Part shown: one piece after another, positions 9,467 through 17,939 of the stretch
How positions within the stretch are numbered: the stretch's first letter is position 1
Layout of the letters: the number at the start of each line of letters is the position of its first letter
DNA from: Nitrospirota bacterium
GTDB lineage: Bacteria > Nitrospirota > UBA9217
Reading direction: 5' to 3'
NCBI GenBank assembly: GCA_963840455.1
Contig: CAWIYV010000010.1
Location: 288,001 to 352,000 of the forward strand
DNA length: 64,000 bases
Program-made: the position numbers and the translations under genes
Notes under the pieces: model-generated
The model's input: the letters and a program-made list of their open reading frames with translations, nothing else
Databases searched by the model: none
Told to the model about the DNA's origin: nothing

Positions 9467-10408
9467 TTATCCCATCAGTTCGGCTATGAACTCCTTGGCC
9501 TTGGCCGCAGCGCCGGGGTGCCGCATGATCAGCATGTCCGCGCCCGCCGTGATCATGGCCGAGGCGGTGACCGCCTCCCAGGCGAGAGCCCGGTCCTCCA
9601 GGCTTCCCCACTCGGGAACTTCAGCATCAGGCGCCATGGTCTCCTTCACCTTCCAGACGTTCGCGCCGATGTCGCACACCACCGGGGTCTGCATCATGGG
9701 GTCGTTCTGGAGCAGCGCCGCCTGGCGGATGCGCTCCATCACGCTGTAGGTGTATTCGAGTCCGTAGCCCAGGGCCGACGACATGGGGTCCATGATGATG
9801 CGCTCTTTGTCGAATCCCATCTGAGTAAGAAGGATGTTGAGCTGCTTGGCCAGGTTCACGTCGAGCTGGCTCATGGCAATGAGCTTGTGGTCGTTCGCCA
9901 TGGCGGCCGCCGCAATGGTCTTGTAGTTCTCTTCCACGGCCTTGCCGATGGTGCAGTTCTTTCCGCGCGTGGCCGCAGCCGCCGCCTGGAGCACCTGGGT
10001 GTCCTTTTCCACGTGGCCGCTGCCGAGGATGATGAGCGGGATGTCGATGGCCGCGGCCACTTCCGCCGCGATCTTGGCCCCTTCATCGGCGCTCTTGTTC
10101 TTCTGATCGGGATGGGTCCCGATCAGCCTGAGCGCGACCACGTCGGCGCCGTTCTGCTGACAGAACTTCGCCCACTGCACCGGGTTCGACGCGGAGCCGG
10201 CAACGGCCTTTTTCACGGTCTCGGGCCAGTCATCGGGAGCGATATCCGTCACCTCGAGCGCGACCGCGGGCTTGTTCGGGAACGTGCCTTCGAATGCCAG
10301 GAAAGGAAGCGCGCTCGCACCGCCGATGGTCACGGCCTTAGCGCCAGACCCGAGCTGTACATTATAGATCTTACCGCTGTATGACTCTTTCGGTATCACC
10401 AGTGCCAT
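9467..10408 (-). CDS. acsD: Corrinoid iron-sulfur protein small subunit
   Basis: Start MALVIPKESY after GGAGGAGG. LDVNLAKQLN and ALGYGLEYTYSVMERIR motifs. Confidence 0.96.
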   Translation of the reverse strand: MALVIPKESYSGKIYNVQLGSGAKAVTIGGASALPFLAFEGTFPNKPAVALEVTDIAPDDWPETVKKAVAGSASNPVQWAKFCQQNGADVVALRLIGTHPDQKNKSADEGAKIAAEVAAAIDIPLIILGSGHVEKDTQVLQAAAAATRGKNCTIGKAVEENYKTIAAAAMANDHKLIAMSQLDVNLAKQLNILLTQMGFDKERIIMDPMSSALGYGLEYTYSVMERIRQAALLQNDPMMQTPVVCDIGANVWKVKETMAPDAEVPEWGSLEDRALAWEAVTASAMITAGADMLIMRHPGAAAKAKEFIAELMG

Positions 10409-10435
10409 AGAAGCCTCCTCCAGAAAATTTCGCAC

Positions 10436-10464
10436 ATACTATCAGATTTGCCGGTCAAGGACAA
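10436..10464 (-). promoter_or_regulatory. Putative sigma70 promoter for acsD-acsC-acsB
   Basis: TTGTCC-N17-TAGTAT with an extended -10 TG, in an AT-rich gap. Confidence 0.45.
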
Positions 10465-10566
10465 CAGAAAACATCACAAATTGTAACACTGTCAATGAGT
10501 TGCTAAATCTGCAATATTTCGTTCATATCGCGCGGCTGTCGGCCGGACCGCTTGTCCCCGTTCTTG

Positions 10567-11355
10567 CTACATTTCGAGATAGGAATGGGCGTACATGGTC
10601 TTGCCCATGATCATCTCCACGGTCTTGACCGTGTCCATCATGTCCTTGTCGAGGGGGTCGATGATGGCGTGCGTCAGCCCTTCCATGAGCAGCATGGTCA
10701 TGTAGTTCCGGTTGATGATATGGCGTACGTGCTTCGGCGCGCCGTTGGAGATGTTCGAGAGACCGACCACGGTCTGCATCGGCGGATCATTGAGGTCGCG
10801 GAACATCTTGATCGCCCGCGCCGACTGGATCGCCTGGTTCTGCATCGTCGCGATCTGCAGGATGAGCGGATCGAGCAGGATGTTCTCCATAGGCACGCCG
10901 AACTCCATGCCGCGCGCCATGATCTCGGATGCGATGACGCAGCGGTCCTCGGCGTCGGCCGGCAGGCCGCCCTTGCCGAGGGTGAGCGCGACGACCTTCG
11001 TGCCGTACTTGCCCGCCAGCTCCATCATGGGAAACCGCTCGGGCTCGTTCGACGTGGAGTTGATGATCGGGAGGCCCCAGGCATTGTTGTGCGCCTTGAT
11101 GCCCGCTTCCATGGCCTTCACGTTCGTCGTATCGAGGCAGATGGGCTTCTGCACCACCTCGTGCACGATCTTCACGGCCCAGTCCATGAGCTGCGGTCCG
11201 TCATCCTCGGCGGGGCCGATGGAAACGTCGATATAGTGAGCGCCTGCGTTGGCCTGCGCCACGGCAAGCTCCTGGATCGGCTTGGCGTCGCGTTTCATGA
11301 GCGCCTCGCGCACCTTCTTTGCCATCACACTGATCTTCTCTCCAATGACTATCAT
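10567..11355 (-). CDS. acsE: Methyl-THF:corrinoid Fe-S protein methyltransferase
   Basis: MIVIGEKI, pterin-binding TIM barrel (CLDTTN, IINS, LLDP, VGLSNISNG); adjacent to acsD. Confidence 0.93.
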   Translation of the reverse strand: MIVIGEKISVMAKKVREALMKRDAKPIQELAVAQANAGAHYIDVSIGPAEDDGPQLMDWAVKIVHEVVQKPICLDTTNVKAMEAGIKAHNNAWGLPIINSTSNEPERFPMMELAGKYGTKVVALTLGKGGLPADAEDRCVIASEIMARGMEFGVPMENILLDPLILQIATMQNQAIQSARAIKMFRDLNDPPMQTVVGLSNISNGAPKHVRHIINRNYMTMLLMEGLTHAIIDPLDKDMMDTVKTVEMIMGKTMYAHSYLEM

Positions 11356-11405
11356 GCTCTGAATATCTCCTTTCGAATCGGCATGTACGGCACACCGTTA
11401 GTCCA

Positions 11406-12287
11406 TTATTTCAGCAGTTCCAGCATTTCCGCGGCGGCCTGCGGGCCGAGGCTGCCCTTGTCCCGCGCCACAGCCACTGTGTGCCGGGCCAGCTCTCGAT
11501 ACAGACCCGCGAGCTCCGGCGTGCGGAGCCGTATGGCCTCGAGATGACCGCGCACGGTCTGGACATCTCCCCGCATGATCGGCCCGGTAAGGGCATCGGG
11601 TATCCCAGCGGCCTCGATGTTCGCCAGCGTCCCCCGGATCAGCGGGAGCACCGCTTTGAGCGCGTCCTTCCGCTCGGCGCCGAGCGCTTCGTAGAACCGG
11701 AGCCCGAGATCCACCAGGGCGACGAAAAAGTTCGATACCGTGACCGCGCCAGCGTGATACAGAGCAGCCGAATCCCTGCCGGCAGTCCATTTCGGCATCA
11801 CCAGCTCGATGCCGCCCATGGCCTTCACCAGCGACCGGGCGACTGCCATGGCCTCGGGGTCCGCTTCGACCCGGAAATAGGAACCAGGGATGTTCGTCAC
11901 CCCCAGCTCCATGCTCGGGACCGACTGGAGCGGGTGGAGGACCGCACAATACGCGCCTGCCGCGCTTGCCGCTAGCAGGAGATCGAGAGTCTGGGCGCCC
12001 GACGCGTGCACGACAAGCATACCGGACCGGAACCCGCCGCCTGCGGCGATAGCCTCACAGGTGCGTTTGATCGCTCCGTCCGGTGTGGTGATGAAGATGA
12101 TGTCCGCTAAGGAAGCTGCCTTGACCGCATCGGTCAGGGGTTCGCCGCTGCCGATGAACGCCCGCGCTCTATCCGCCGTTGCCCGGTTCCGCGCTGCCAC
12201 GGCGGTCACGGTGTATCCGGCCCTGGCAAGCAGCCGTCCGATGGCCCCGCCCACCCGGCCCGCGCCGATGATGGCAACGGTCTTCAT
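11406..12287 (-). CDS. Rossmann-like + DUF2520 protein (PanG-type ketopantoate reductase candidate)
   Basis: IIGAGRVG, TTPDG, HASGA, LHPLQS, YHAGAV and ALTGPIMRGD motifs; panB nearby. Confidence 0.8.
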   Translation of the reverse strand: MKTVAIIGAGRVGGAIGRLLARAGYTVTAVAARNRATADRARAFIGSGEPLTDAVKAASLADIIFITTPDGAIKRTCEAIAAGGGFRSGMLVVHASGAQTLDLLLAASAAGAYCAVLHPLQSVPSMELGVTNIPGSYFRVEADPEAMAVARSLVKAMGGIELVMPKWTAGRDSAALYHAGAVTVSNFFVALVDLGLRFYEALGAERKDALKAVLPLIRGTLANIEAAGIPDALTGPIMRGDVQTVRGHLEAIRLRTPELAGLYRELARHTVAVARDKGSLGPQAAAEMLELLK

Positions 12288-12299
12288 GATACGCTCTTT

Positions 12300-12385
12300 C
12301 GTGAGACGTGAAACGGAATACGTGAGAGCATCAACGCCATCGCGAATCGCCTGCTCGTTCCCCGTCGTACGTCTGACGTTTCACG
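12300..12385. repeat. Heptamer-period inverted-repeat element
   Basis: CGTGAGACGTGAAACG...TACGTGAG arm versus CGTACGTCTGACGTTTCACG arm. Confidence 0.55.
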
Positions 12386-12393
12386 GTGACTTA

Positions 12394-13164
12394 CTACGGG
12401 ATCAACTTGTCCAGGATCGTGAAATAGCTCGTGATCGCCCGGGAGTCCGGCGGCAGCTGGACGAGCGGCCTGCCGTTGAGGTCATACTCAAAGATCAGCT
12501 CGTCGGCGGGGACAAAGCCTGCGAACTCGACGCCCTGCTGTTCGATGGCGTGCAAAAGCGACCTGTCCTCGCTGGTCCCATCCTGCACGCGGTTCACGAT
12601 CAGCGCCACGCGCTTGACGTTCAGGCTAAGCTCCTTTACCAGCTCGCCGATGCGCCCCGCGGTCATGATCCCGCGCACCGATGAATCGCTGATGATGAGC
12701 AGCAGGTCCGTGTCCTGCGTGGTCCGGCGCGAGAGATGCTCCAGGCCCGCCTCGTTGTCCATGACCGTGTACGGATAATTGTCCGCCAGCTTGTCCATGT
12801 ACTTGCGGATGATGTTGTTCGCCGCGCAGTAACAGCCGGCGCCCTCGGGACGCCCCATCACCAGGAGGTCGAAGCCCTTTGCCTCGATGAGCGCCTGCTG
12901 GATCTGGTAGTCGAAGAGCTGCTCCATGCTCATGCCGCCCGGCCGCGGCGCTGTTGACTTCACCGCTTCGAGAGAGGTCTCCCGCAGCGCGCCCACGGTG
13001 GCGTGGACCTTCACGCCGAGCACATCGTTCAGGTTCGCGTTCGCGTCGGCATCGACGGCGAGCACGGCCCCGCGCTTTTTCTCTGTCAAATACCGTATGG
13101 TCAGGCCGCACAAGCTGGTCTTGCCCGTGCCGCCCTTGCCTGCAACTGCGATCGAAAAACCCAT
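12394..13164 (-). CDS. cooC: CooC/AcsF nickel-insertion ATPase
   Basis: True start MGFSIAVAGKGGTGKT (GAGG RBS); VDADAN, GCYC and DNEAGLEHLSR motifs. Confidence 0.93.
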   Translation of the reverse strand: MGFSIAVAGKGGTGKTSLCGLTIRYLTEKKRGAVLAVDADANANLNDVLGVKVHATVGALRETSLEAVKSTAPRPGGMSMEQLFDYQIQQALIEAKGFDLLVMGRPEGAGCYCAANNIIRKYMDKLADNYPYTVMDNEAGLEHLSRRTTQDTDLLLIISDSSVRGIMTAGRIGELVKELSLNVKRVALIVNRVQDGTSEDRSLLHAIEQQGVEFAGFVPADELIFEYDLNGRPLVQLPPDSRAITSYFTILDKLIP

Positions 13165-13184
13165 TACTACCTCAAAACCGTCCC

Positions 13185-13269
13185 ACCGCGGAGATCGCAG
13201 AGAGCGCTGAGAATAACAATTAATTAGTTCGAAAAAAACCTTCTCCGCGTACTCTGCGTCCTCTGCGGT
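13185..13269. repeat. Short-period (9-nt) inverted-repeat element
   Basis: ACCGCGGAGATCGCAGAGAGCGCTGAGAA ... TTCTCCGCGTACTCTGCGTCCTCTGCGGT around an AT-rich loop. Confidence 0.7.
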
Positions 13270-13277
13270 AAATGATT

Positions 13278-14006
13278 TTATTTTTTTATCCCGTATTTCT
13301 TCCGCACTTCCTCGATCTTCCCGCAGGTCATCTTGCCCTCCGGGCATGCCGCATAGAGACAGCCGGGGCCGGATTTCCCGAAGATCGTCGGCGCAATGAC
13401 TTTGACCAGGCCAAGCATCCGTTCGGCCATCTCTCGGATCTCCCACTGGGCCCGGTTGCAGCACCGGACCCGGAAGAAGTGCAGCAGTTCCCGGGCGTTC
13501 ATGGTCATGACGATCCGGGTCTCTGCAGCGTTCGGCAGCAGATACCGCGCGTCCTGCTGCCCCGCCTCGCCCTTGAAGCCGAGCTCTTCGAGCCGCTTGA
13601 GGACCTTGGTGTAGTTCGCCTGGGCCTCGGCCATGCACTGCTCGAACTCACGGGCAAGCGCCGGGTCCTGCTTGATGCTCGGCGGGATGATGTAGTCGAA
13701 CTGCTCGGCCCTGACGTACCGCTGGCTCTGCTGCGAATACGACGCCAGCCGGTGCCGTACGAGCTGGTGCGAGCAGGCCCGGGAGATCCCACCGATGCCG
13801 AAGGTGAACGAGATATGCTCGACCGGAGAAAGGTGGCCGATGGCTGCCAGCTTCTCCACGAAGGCCGCCTGGTCCTTTGCCTCGATCTTCTGCTTCAGCT
13901 CCTCCACGCCGGACGGGCTGTAGCAGAGCTTCGCGGCCATGGCGACGACCTCTTCCGGCTCCGGCGTATGCCGGAGGAGCACTACGTTCAATGCCGCTTC
14001 AGGCAC
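13278..14006 (-). CDS. thyX: FAD-dependent thymidylate synthase
   Basis: ThyX motif RHRLASYSQQSQR; GHLSPVEH; ARYLLP; AQWEIR. GTG start with GAGGAGG RBS. Confidence 0.96.
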   Translation of the reverse strand: MPEAALNVVLLRHTPEPEEVVAMAAKLCYSPSGVEELKQKIEAKDQAAFVEKLAAIGHLSPVEHISFTFGIGGISRACSHQLVRHRLASYSQQSQRYVRAEQFDYIIPPSIKQDPALAREFEQCMAEAQANYTKVLKRLEELGFKGEAGQQDARYLLPNAAETRIVMTMNARELLHFFRVRCCNRAQWEIREMAERMLGLVKVIAPTIFGKSGPGCLYAACPEGKMTCGKIEEVRKKYGIKK

Positions 14007-14117
14007 CGGCGTCCTCCTCAGGGCTCCCCGCCGACGACCCGAAAAGCCTCTTGATGATCCTCTACATTATCGTATGAATGTATAAAGAAAGAACAATTTG
14101 CCAGCAACGGGAAGGCT

Positions 14118-14147
14118 ATTATATAGAGAGCTGTTTTGTTCCGTCAA
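14118..14147 (-). promoter_or_regulatory. sigma70 promoter upstream of thyX
   Basis: TTGACG-N18-TATAAT with an AT-rich upstream tract. Confidence 0.7.
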
Positions 14148-14240
14148 GCAAATTTAAAAACAGGAAAGACAATAATTTTAATAAAACCATAATAACTGCT
14201 CATAACCGCATGAAATTCCTACGAAATGCAACGTACTCGA

Positions 14241-15041
14241 TTATTTGAAACTCTGCTCGTCGCTCGGAAATGCCCCGCTCTCCACTTCCTTTTTATAATC
14301 TCTGACCGCTTTGAGCGCCTGGTCCTTGAGCGATGCGTACCGTTTCACGAATTTCGGGGTAAAGCGGTCGAACAATCCGAGGAGATCATGGATCACCAGG
14401 ACCTGCCCGTCGCAATGCGGTCCAGCGCCGATGCCGATGGTCGGGATGGACAGGATGCCGCCGATCTCCCTGGCGAGAGATGACGGGACCGCCTCGAGCA
14501 CCACACTGAAAGCACCGGACTCCTGGACAGCGCGGGCGTCGGCCAGGATCTTCTCCCGGGCCGCTTCGTCCCTCCCCTGCACCTTGAACCCGCCGAGAGC
14601 GTGAATATGCTGCGGCGTGAGGCCGACATGCCCCATCACCGGGATGCCGGCAGCAACGATCGCCCGGATGACGGCAGCCACGGCAGTGCCGCCTTCAAGC
14701 TTCACCGCTTCAGCGCCGGCCTCCTTCAGGAACCTGCCTGCGTTCCGCACCGCCTCGTCGATGCCCGCCTGGTAGGACAGGAACGGCATGTCACCGACGA
14801 CCAGCGCGGTCTTCGCGGCACGGGCGACCATCCGCGTGTGATAGATCATCTCGTCCATGGTCACCGGCAGGGTGCTGTCGATACCCTGGACGACCATGCC
14901 GAGTGAATCGCCCACCAGGGCAATGTCGATCCCCGCCTCATCCACGATCTGGGCCGTGGGGAAGTCGTAGGCCGTGAGCACCGTGATCTTCCTGCCCTCG
15001 GCCTTCTTCTTATAGATGTCGGGTATGGTGATCTTCGGCAT
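14241..15041 (-). CDS. panB: 3-methyl-2-oxobutanoate hydroxymethyltransferase
   Basis: [30 protein letters not shown] and IGIGAG..CDGQVLV motifs. Confidence 0.97.
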   Translation of the reverse strand: MPKITIPDIYKKKAEGRKITVLTAYDFPTAQIVDEAGIDIALVGDSLGMVVQGIDSTLPVTMDEMIYHTRMVARAAKTALVVGDMPFLSYQAGIDEAVRNAGRFLKEAGAEAVKLEGGTAVAAVIRAIVAAGIPVMGHVGLTPQHIHALGGFKVQGRDEAAREKILADARAVQESGAFSVVLEAVPSSLAREIGGILSIPTIGIGAGPHCDGQVLVIHDLLGLFDRFTPKFVKRYASLKDQALKAVRDYKKEVESGAFPSDEQSFK

Positions 15042-15058
15042 GGGTGTCTATTCGACCG

Positions 15059-15439
15059 TTATTCCCTTCGCTTCCGCTCGATCGCATCGCGCATGGCATC
15101 GGGAGAATATCCCCGGATGATGATCCCCTCGACATCAACGACGGGCACTCCCCGCGAGCCGCTCTTTGCCATCATCTCTTCACGCCTCGAGGGGTCCTTC
15201 TCGATATCGTGTTCGACCAGCCTGACGCCCATCCCACGCAGGAACTCCCGCGCTTTGTTGCAGTAGGGTCACCAGTTGGTCTGGTACATGATGACGTCGA
15301 TGGCGCCGTACGACCGCTTCGGATCGCCCTCGATCGGCCCCCCGCGGCGCGTCTCCGCCCTGGCAAGGGATGACCAGAAGATCGCGATGCAGATGAGGAC
15401 CAGCGCACAGAGACCAATCGTAGCCTTGGCATCCCGCAT
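15059..15439 (-). CDS. Selenocysteine glutaredoxin-family protein (UPYC) with N-terminal signal/TM segment, 126 aa
   Basis: Read-through of TGA 15269-15271 gives MRDAKATIGLCALVLICIAIFWSSLARA...DVIMYQTNW-U-PYCNKAREFLRGMGVRLVEHDIEKDPSRREEMMAKSGSRGVPVVDVEGIIIRGYSPDAMRDAIERKRRE*. Grx fold with the GVP cis-Pro loop. Confidence 0.88.
15236..15253 (-). promoter_or_regulatory. Putative SECIS hairpin of the seleno-glutaredoxin
   Basis: GCGCGGG-AGTT-CCTGCGT, 15 nt after the UGA, with G in the apical loop. Confidence 0.65.
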
Positions 15440-15478
15440 TTTGTTGACCCATGACCTATGTCCCATGACCCGCCCTGT

Positions 15479-16450
15479 TTATACCTGCGGCCGCGGGTAC
15501 AGCCCGGCTGCCTTGACGATGCCCTCGATTGCGCTCTCCCACTCGATGGCCTGGATATGGACGCCCTTGACGCCGGGTATCTCGAGGATCTGGTGGATGA
15601 GCTCCACCGTAATCTTAAGGCCCTCGGCCTCCTGCAGCTCGCGCATCTTCTTCTTGTCCTCGCCTGCCGCCTCCTTCGCCTTGTTCATCCGGTCGATGAG
15701 CGCTTTCGGCACCGTGACCCCGGCGACCGAGGAGTCCATGTACTTCAGCATCATGGCGCTCCGGGGCACGATGATGCCGCCGAGGATAGCGGTCCTTTCA
15801 TGGAGGCCCAGGTTCCTCGCCTTCTCCATCTGGGACTTGAAGATCTCTACATCGTAGATCCCCTGGGTCTGGATGAAGTCAGCACCGGCGTCCACCTTCT
15901 TCTTGAGGTTGTAGGGCCGGAAGTCGATGGGGTCGCCCATGGGCGTCCACGATGCGCCGATGAAGAACTTCGGCGGGACGTCGATCTTGTCGCCGCCCTC
16001 CTGCAGGCTTTCGTCGCGCATCTTCTTCATGATCCCGACGAGCTGGCAGGTGTCCACGTCGTAGACGTTCTTGGCACCCGGGTGGCCCTTGAGCTTGCCG
16101 GCTGCGCTGAACTTCTGGTGGTCGCCGGCAATGCAGAGGCAATTCTTGAGCCCCAGGGCAGCTGCGCCGAGGAGGTCCGCCTGCATGGCGATGCGGTTCC
16201 GGTCCCGGCAGGTCATCTGCATGACCGGCTCAAGTCCCTCGCGCAGGGCGATGAACGCGGCAGCGATGCTCGATATGCGCACCACGGCGGTCTGGCAGTC
16301 TGTGATGTTGGCCGCATCGCAGAAGCCCTTCAGCTTGTGGGCCTTCTCCACGACCTCATGGGGATCGGCGCTCATAGGCGGCCCCAGCTCGGCAGTGACC
16401 GCGGGCTTGCCGCTGGCGATTACTTTTTCCAGATTGCTTCCGCTCTTCAT
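15479..16450 (-). CDS. metF: Methylene-THF reductase catalytic subunit
   Basis: VTAELGPP, ANITD, MQMTCRDRNRIAMQ, AGD and KKVDAGADFIQTQ motifs. Confidence 0.95.
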   Translation of the reverse strand: MKSGSNLEKVIASGKPAVTAELGPPMSADPHEVVEKAHKLKGFCDAANITDCQTAVVRISSIAAAFIALREGLEPVMQMTCRDRNRIAMQADLLGAAALGLKNCLCIAGDHQKFSAAGKLKGHPGAKNVYDVDTCQLVGIMKKMRDESLQEGGDKIDVPPKFFIGASWTPMGDPIDFRPYNLKKKVDAGADFIQTQGIYDVEIFKSQMEKARNLGLHERTAILGGIIVPRSAMMLKYMDSSVAGVTVPKALIDRMNKAKEAAGEDKKKMRELQEAEGLKITVELIHQILEIPGVKGVHIQAIEWESAIEGIVKAAGLYPRPQV

Positions 16451-16486
16451 CGAAACCTCCGATAGATAACGTCAAAAGCTGATGGC

Positions 16487-16556
16487 GCCACAGAGTCACG
16501 GAGAAATTCTAAACAGGCTTTTTGCTTTCCTCCGCGTTTCTGTGACGACGTAGTGG
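16487..16556. repeat. Short-period (8-nt) inverted-repeat element
   Basis: GCCACAGAGTCACGGAG ... CTCCGCGTTTCTGTGAC..GTGG; similar to 17812-17923. Confidence 0.5.
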
Positions 16557-16560
16557 ATAG

Positions 16561-17256
16561 TTACTTTCCTGCCTTTTTCTCTTCTTCCAAATCCATGATG
16601 TGCTCGTACACGAGCCTGCGCGGACCGCCATGGGTGCCTGTTGCCCAATTCCGAGGAGGCTGGATGGAATAGAGCTCCTCGATCCTGCCGAGTGCCTTCA
16701 TGCGCTCGACGATCAGGTACCAGGCGCAATCTATATCCTTGCCCACCTCACACTTGCCCTTGTCCGTGCCGCCGCAGGGGCCGTTCATGAGCGACTTGGA
16801 GCAACGCACCACCGGGCAGATGCCGCCGGTCATGTGCAGGATGCAGTTGCCGCAGCCGCCGCAGAGCTCGACGAAGAAGCCCGCCTTGGGAACGGCGCCG
16901 TAGAAGGTCGTGTTCACGCCGGGATAGACCGGGATGTTGCCGATACGGTCGGATAGGAAATTGACCCCCACACCGCAGGCCGTGGAGAGCACCAGATCGT
17001 AGGTCCTGACCTTCTCCATCAGGGGCTCGAAGAACTCGGGCTCGCAGTGGCGCTCGATGGCAGCATGGTCGACCAGCATGTCAACGCCTTCCTGGGTCGC
17101 CTTCATCCGGATCATGGACGCGAGGATCTCCGCTTCCTTGCCGCCGCCGGCATGGCTGATGGCCACGCAGGTGTTGCAGCCGAAGACCAGGACCTTCTTG
17201 AAGCCCTTGACCATGCCCCAGATCTCATCAAATGGTTTCTGTTGACCGACGATCAT
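16561..17256 (-). CDS. metV: Methylene-THF reductase Fe-S/Zn subunit MetV
   Basis: Start MIVGQQKPF. CGGCGNC, GICPVVRCSKSLMNGPCGG..GKCEV..CAW; directly upstream of metF. Confidence 0.93.
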   Translation of the reverse strand: MIVGQQKPFDEIWGMVKGFKKVLVFGCNTCVAISHAGGGKEAEILASMIRMKATQEGVDMLVDHAAIERHCEPEFFEPLMEKVRTYDLVLSTACGVGVNFLSDRIGNIPVYPGVNTTFYGAVPKAGFFVELCGGCGNCILHMTGGICPVVRCSKSLMNGPCGGTDKGKCEVGKDIDCAWYLIVERMKALGRIEELYSIQPPRNWATGTHGGPRRLVYEHIMDLEEEKKAGK

Positions 17257-17260
17257 TGCA

Positions 17261-17773
17261 TTACTCCTTTTCCGTGCCGCATAACTTCTGGTGTTTTGCG
17301 AGCGCGACCGGTGAAGGCCCGAGCTTCCGGACCTTCTCGGTGAACTCGGTGCAGATCTCCGCCCACCGCGGACCCATGGCGGCCGAGAGATTGAACATCT
17401 CAAGGCGCGCGGGATCGATGCCGACCCGGGACAGCAGCTTTTGCGCGTATTCGATCCTTCGTGCAGCGAACTTATTACCTTCCAGGTAATGGCATTGGCC
17501 TTTCAGTCAGCCGGCCACAAAGATGCCGTCCACACCCCGCTCGAAGGCACGGAGGATGTGGATGTGGTCCAGCTTGCCCGTGCAGGGCAGCCGGATGATC
17601 TTCACGTTCGGCGGATAGGAAAGCCGCATCACGCCGGCCAGGTCCGCTGCGGCGAAGGCGCAGTAGTGGCACGCGAAGGCCAGGATGTTCGGCTCCCATC
17701 CGGCAGGCGTCTCGTGCGGTTTCTCGATGGACGGCGGCGCGGCCTTTTCCGGAGCTTCTGCTGCTACAGCCAT
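17261..17773 (-). CDS. mvhD: Selenocysteine-containing MvhD/FlpD [2Fe-2S] subunit, 170 aa
   Basis: AFACHYCAFAAAD, RLPCTGK, DGIFVAG-U-LKGQCHYLEGN. TGA 17507-17509 sits at the Cys of the GCxxGxCHY motif, and the frame continues to TAA at 17261. Confidence 0.93.
17474..17490 (-). promoter_or_regulatory. Putative SECIS hairpin of mvhD
   Basis: Perfect stem ATTACCT-GGA-AGGTAAT 16 nt after the UGA. Confidence 0.7.
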
Positions 17774-17811
17774 GGATGCACTCCTCTCAAAAGAATCGAA
17801 GATCAATTTCC

Positions 17812-17923
17812 GCCACGAAGACACTGGGGCACAGAGAACATCAACTTCAGCTACGAAGAACTGCTCAGGACAATTACGATTTAACTCTTTTTGTCTTCCT
17901 CTGTGTCTCTGTGCCTCTGTGGC
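17812..17923. repeat. Short-period (8-nt) inverted-repeat element
   Basis: GCCACGAAGACACTGGGGCACAGAG ... CTCTGTGTCTCTGTGCCTCTGTGGC. Confidence 0.65.
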
Positions 17924-17939
17924 AACTCTTATGGCCTTC

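Noticed and set aside
12394-13638. ORF-track N-terminal extensions (cooC 414 aa, hdrA 1087 aa, hdrB 467 aa, metV 280 aa, fdh 415 aa, SBP 360 aa) as domain fusions
   Set aside because: The extensions overlap neighbouring genes in other frames; internal starts match the family N-termini.
14010-14115. Possible ZTP or THF riboswitch in the thyX leader (GGGTCGTC...)
   Set aside because: Lacks the downstream CGCCTGGGC pseudoknot element and other conserved features; no THF-riboswitch pattern seen here or upstream of folE.
17150-17180. MetV CNTCVAISH, with Ser where homologs often have Cys
   Set aside because: A single substitution I cannot evaluate without an alignment; the codon is AGC, not UGA.
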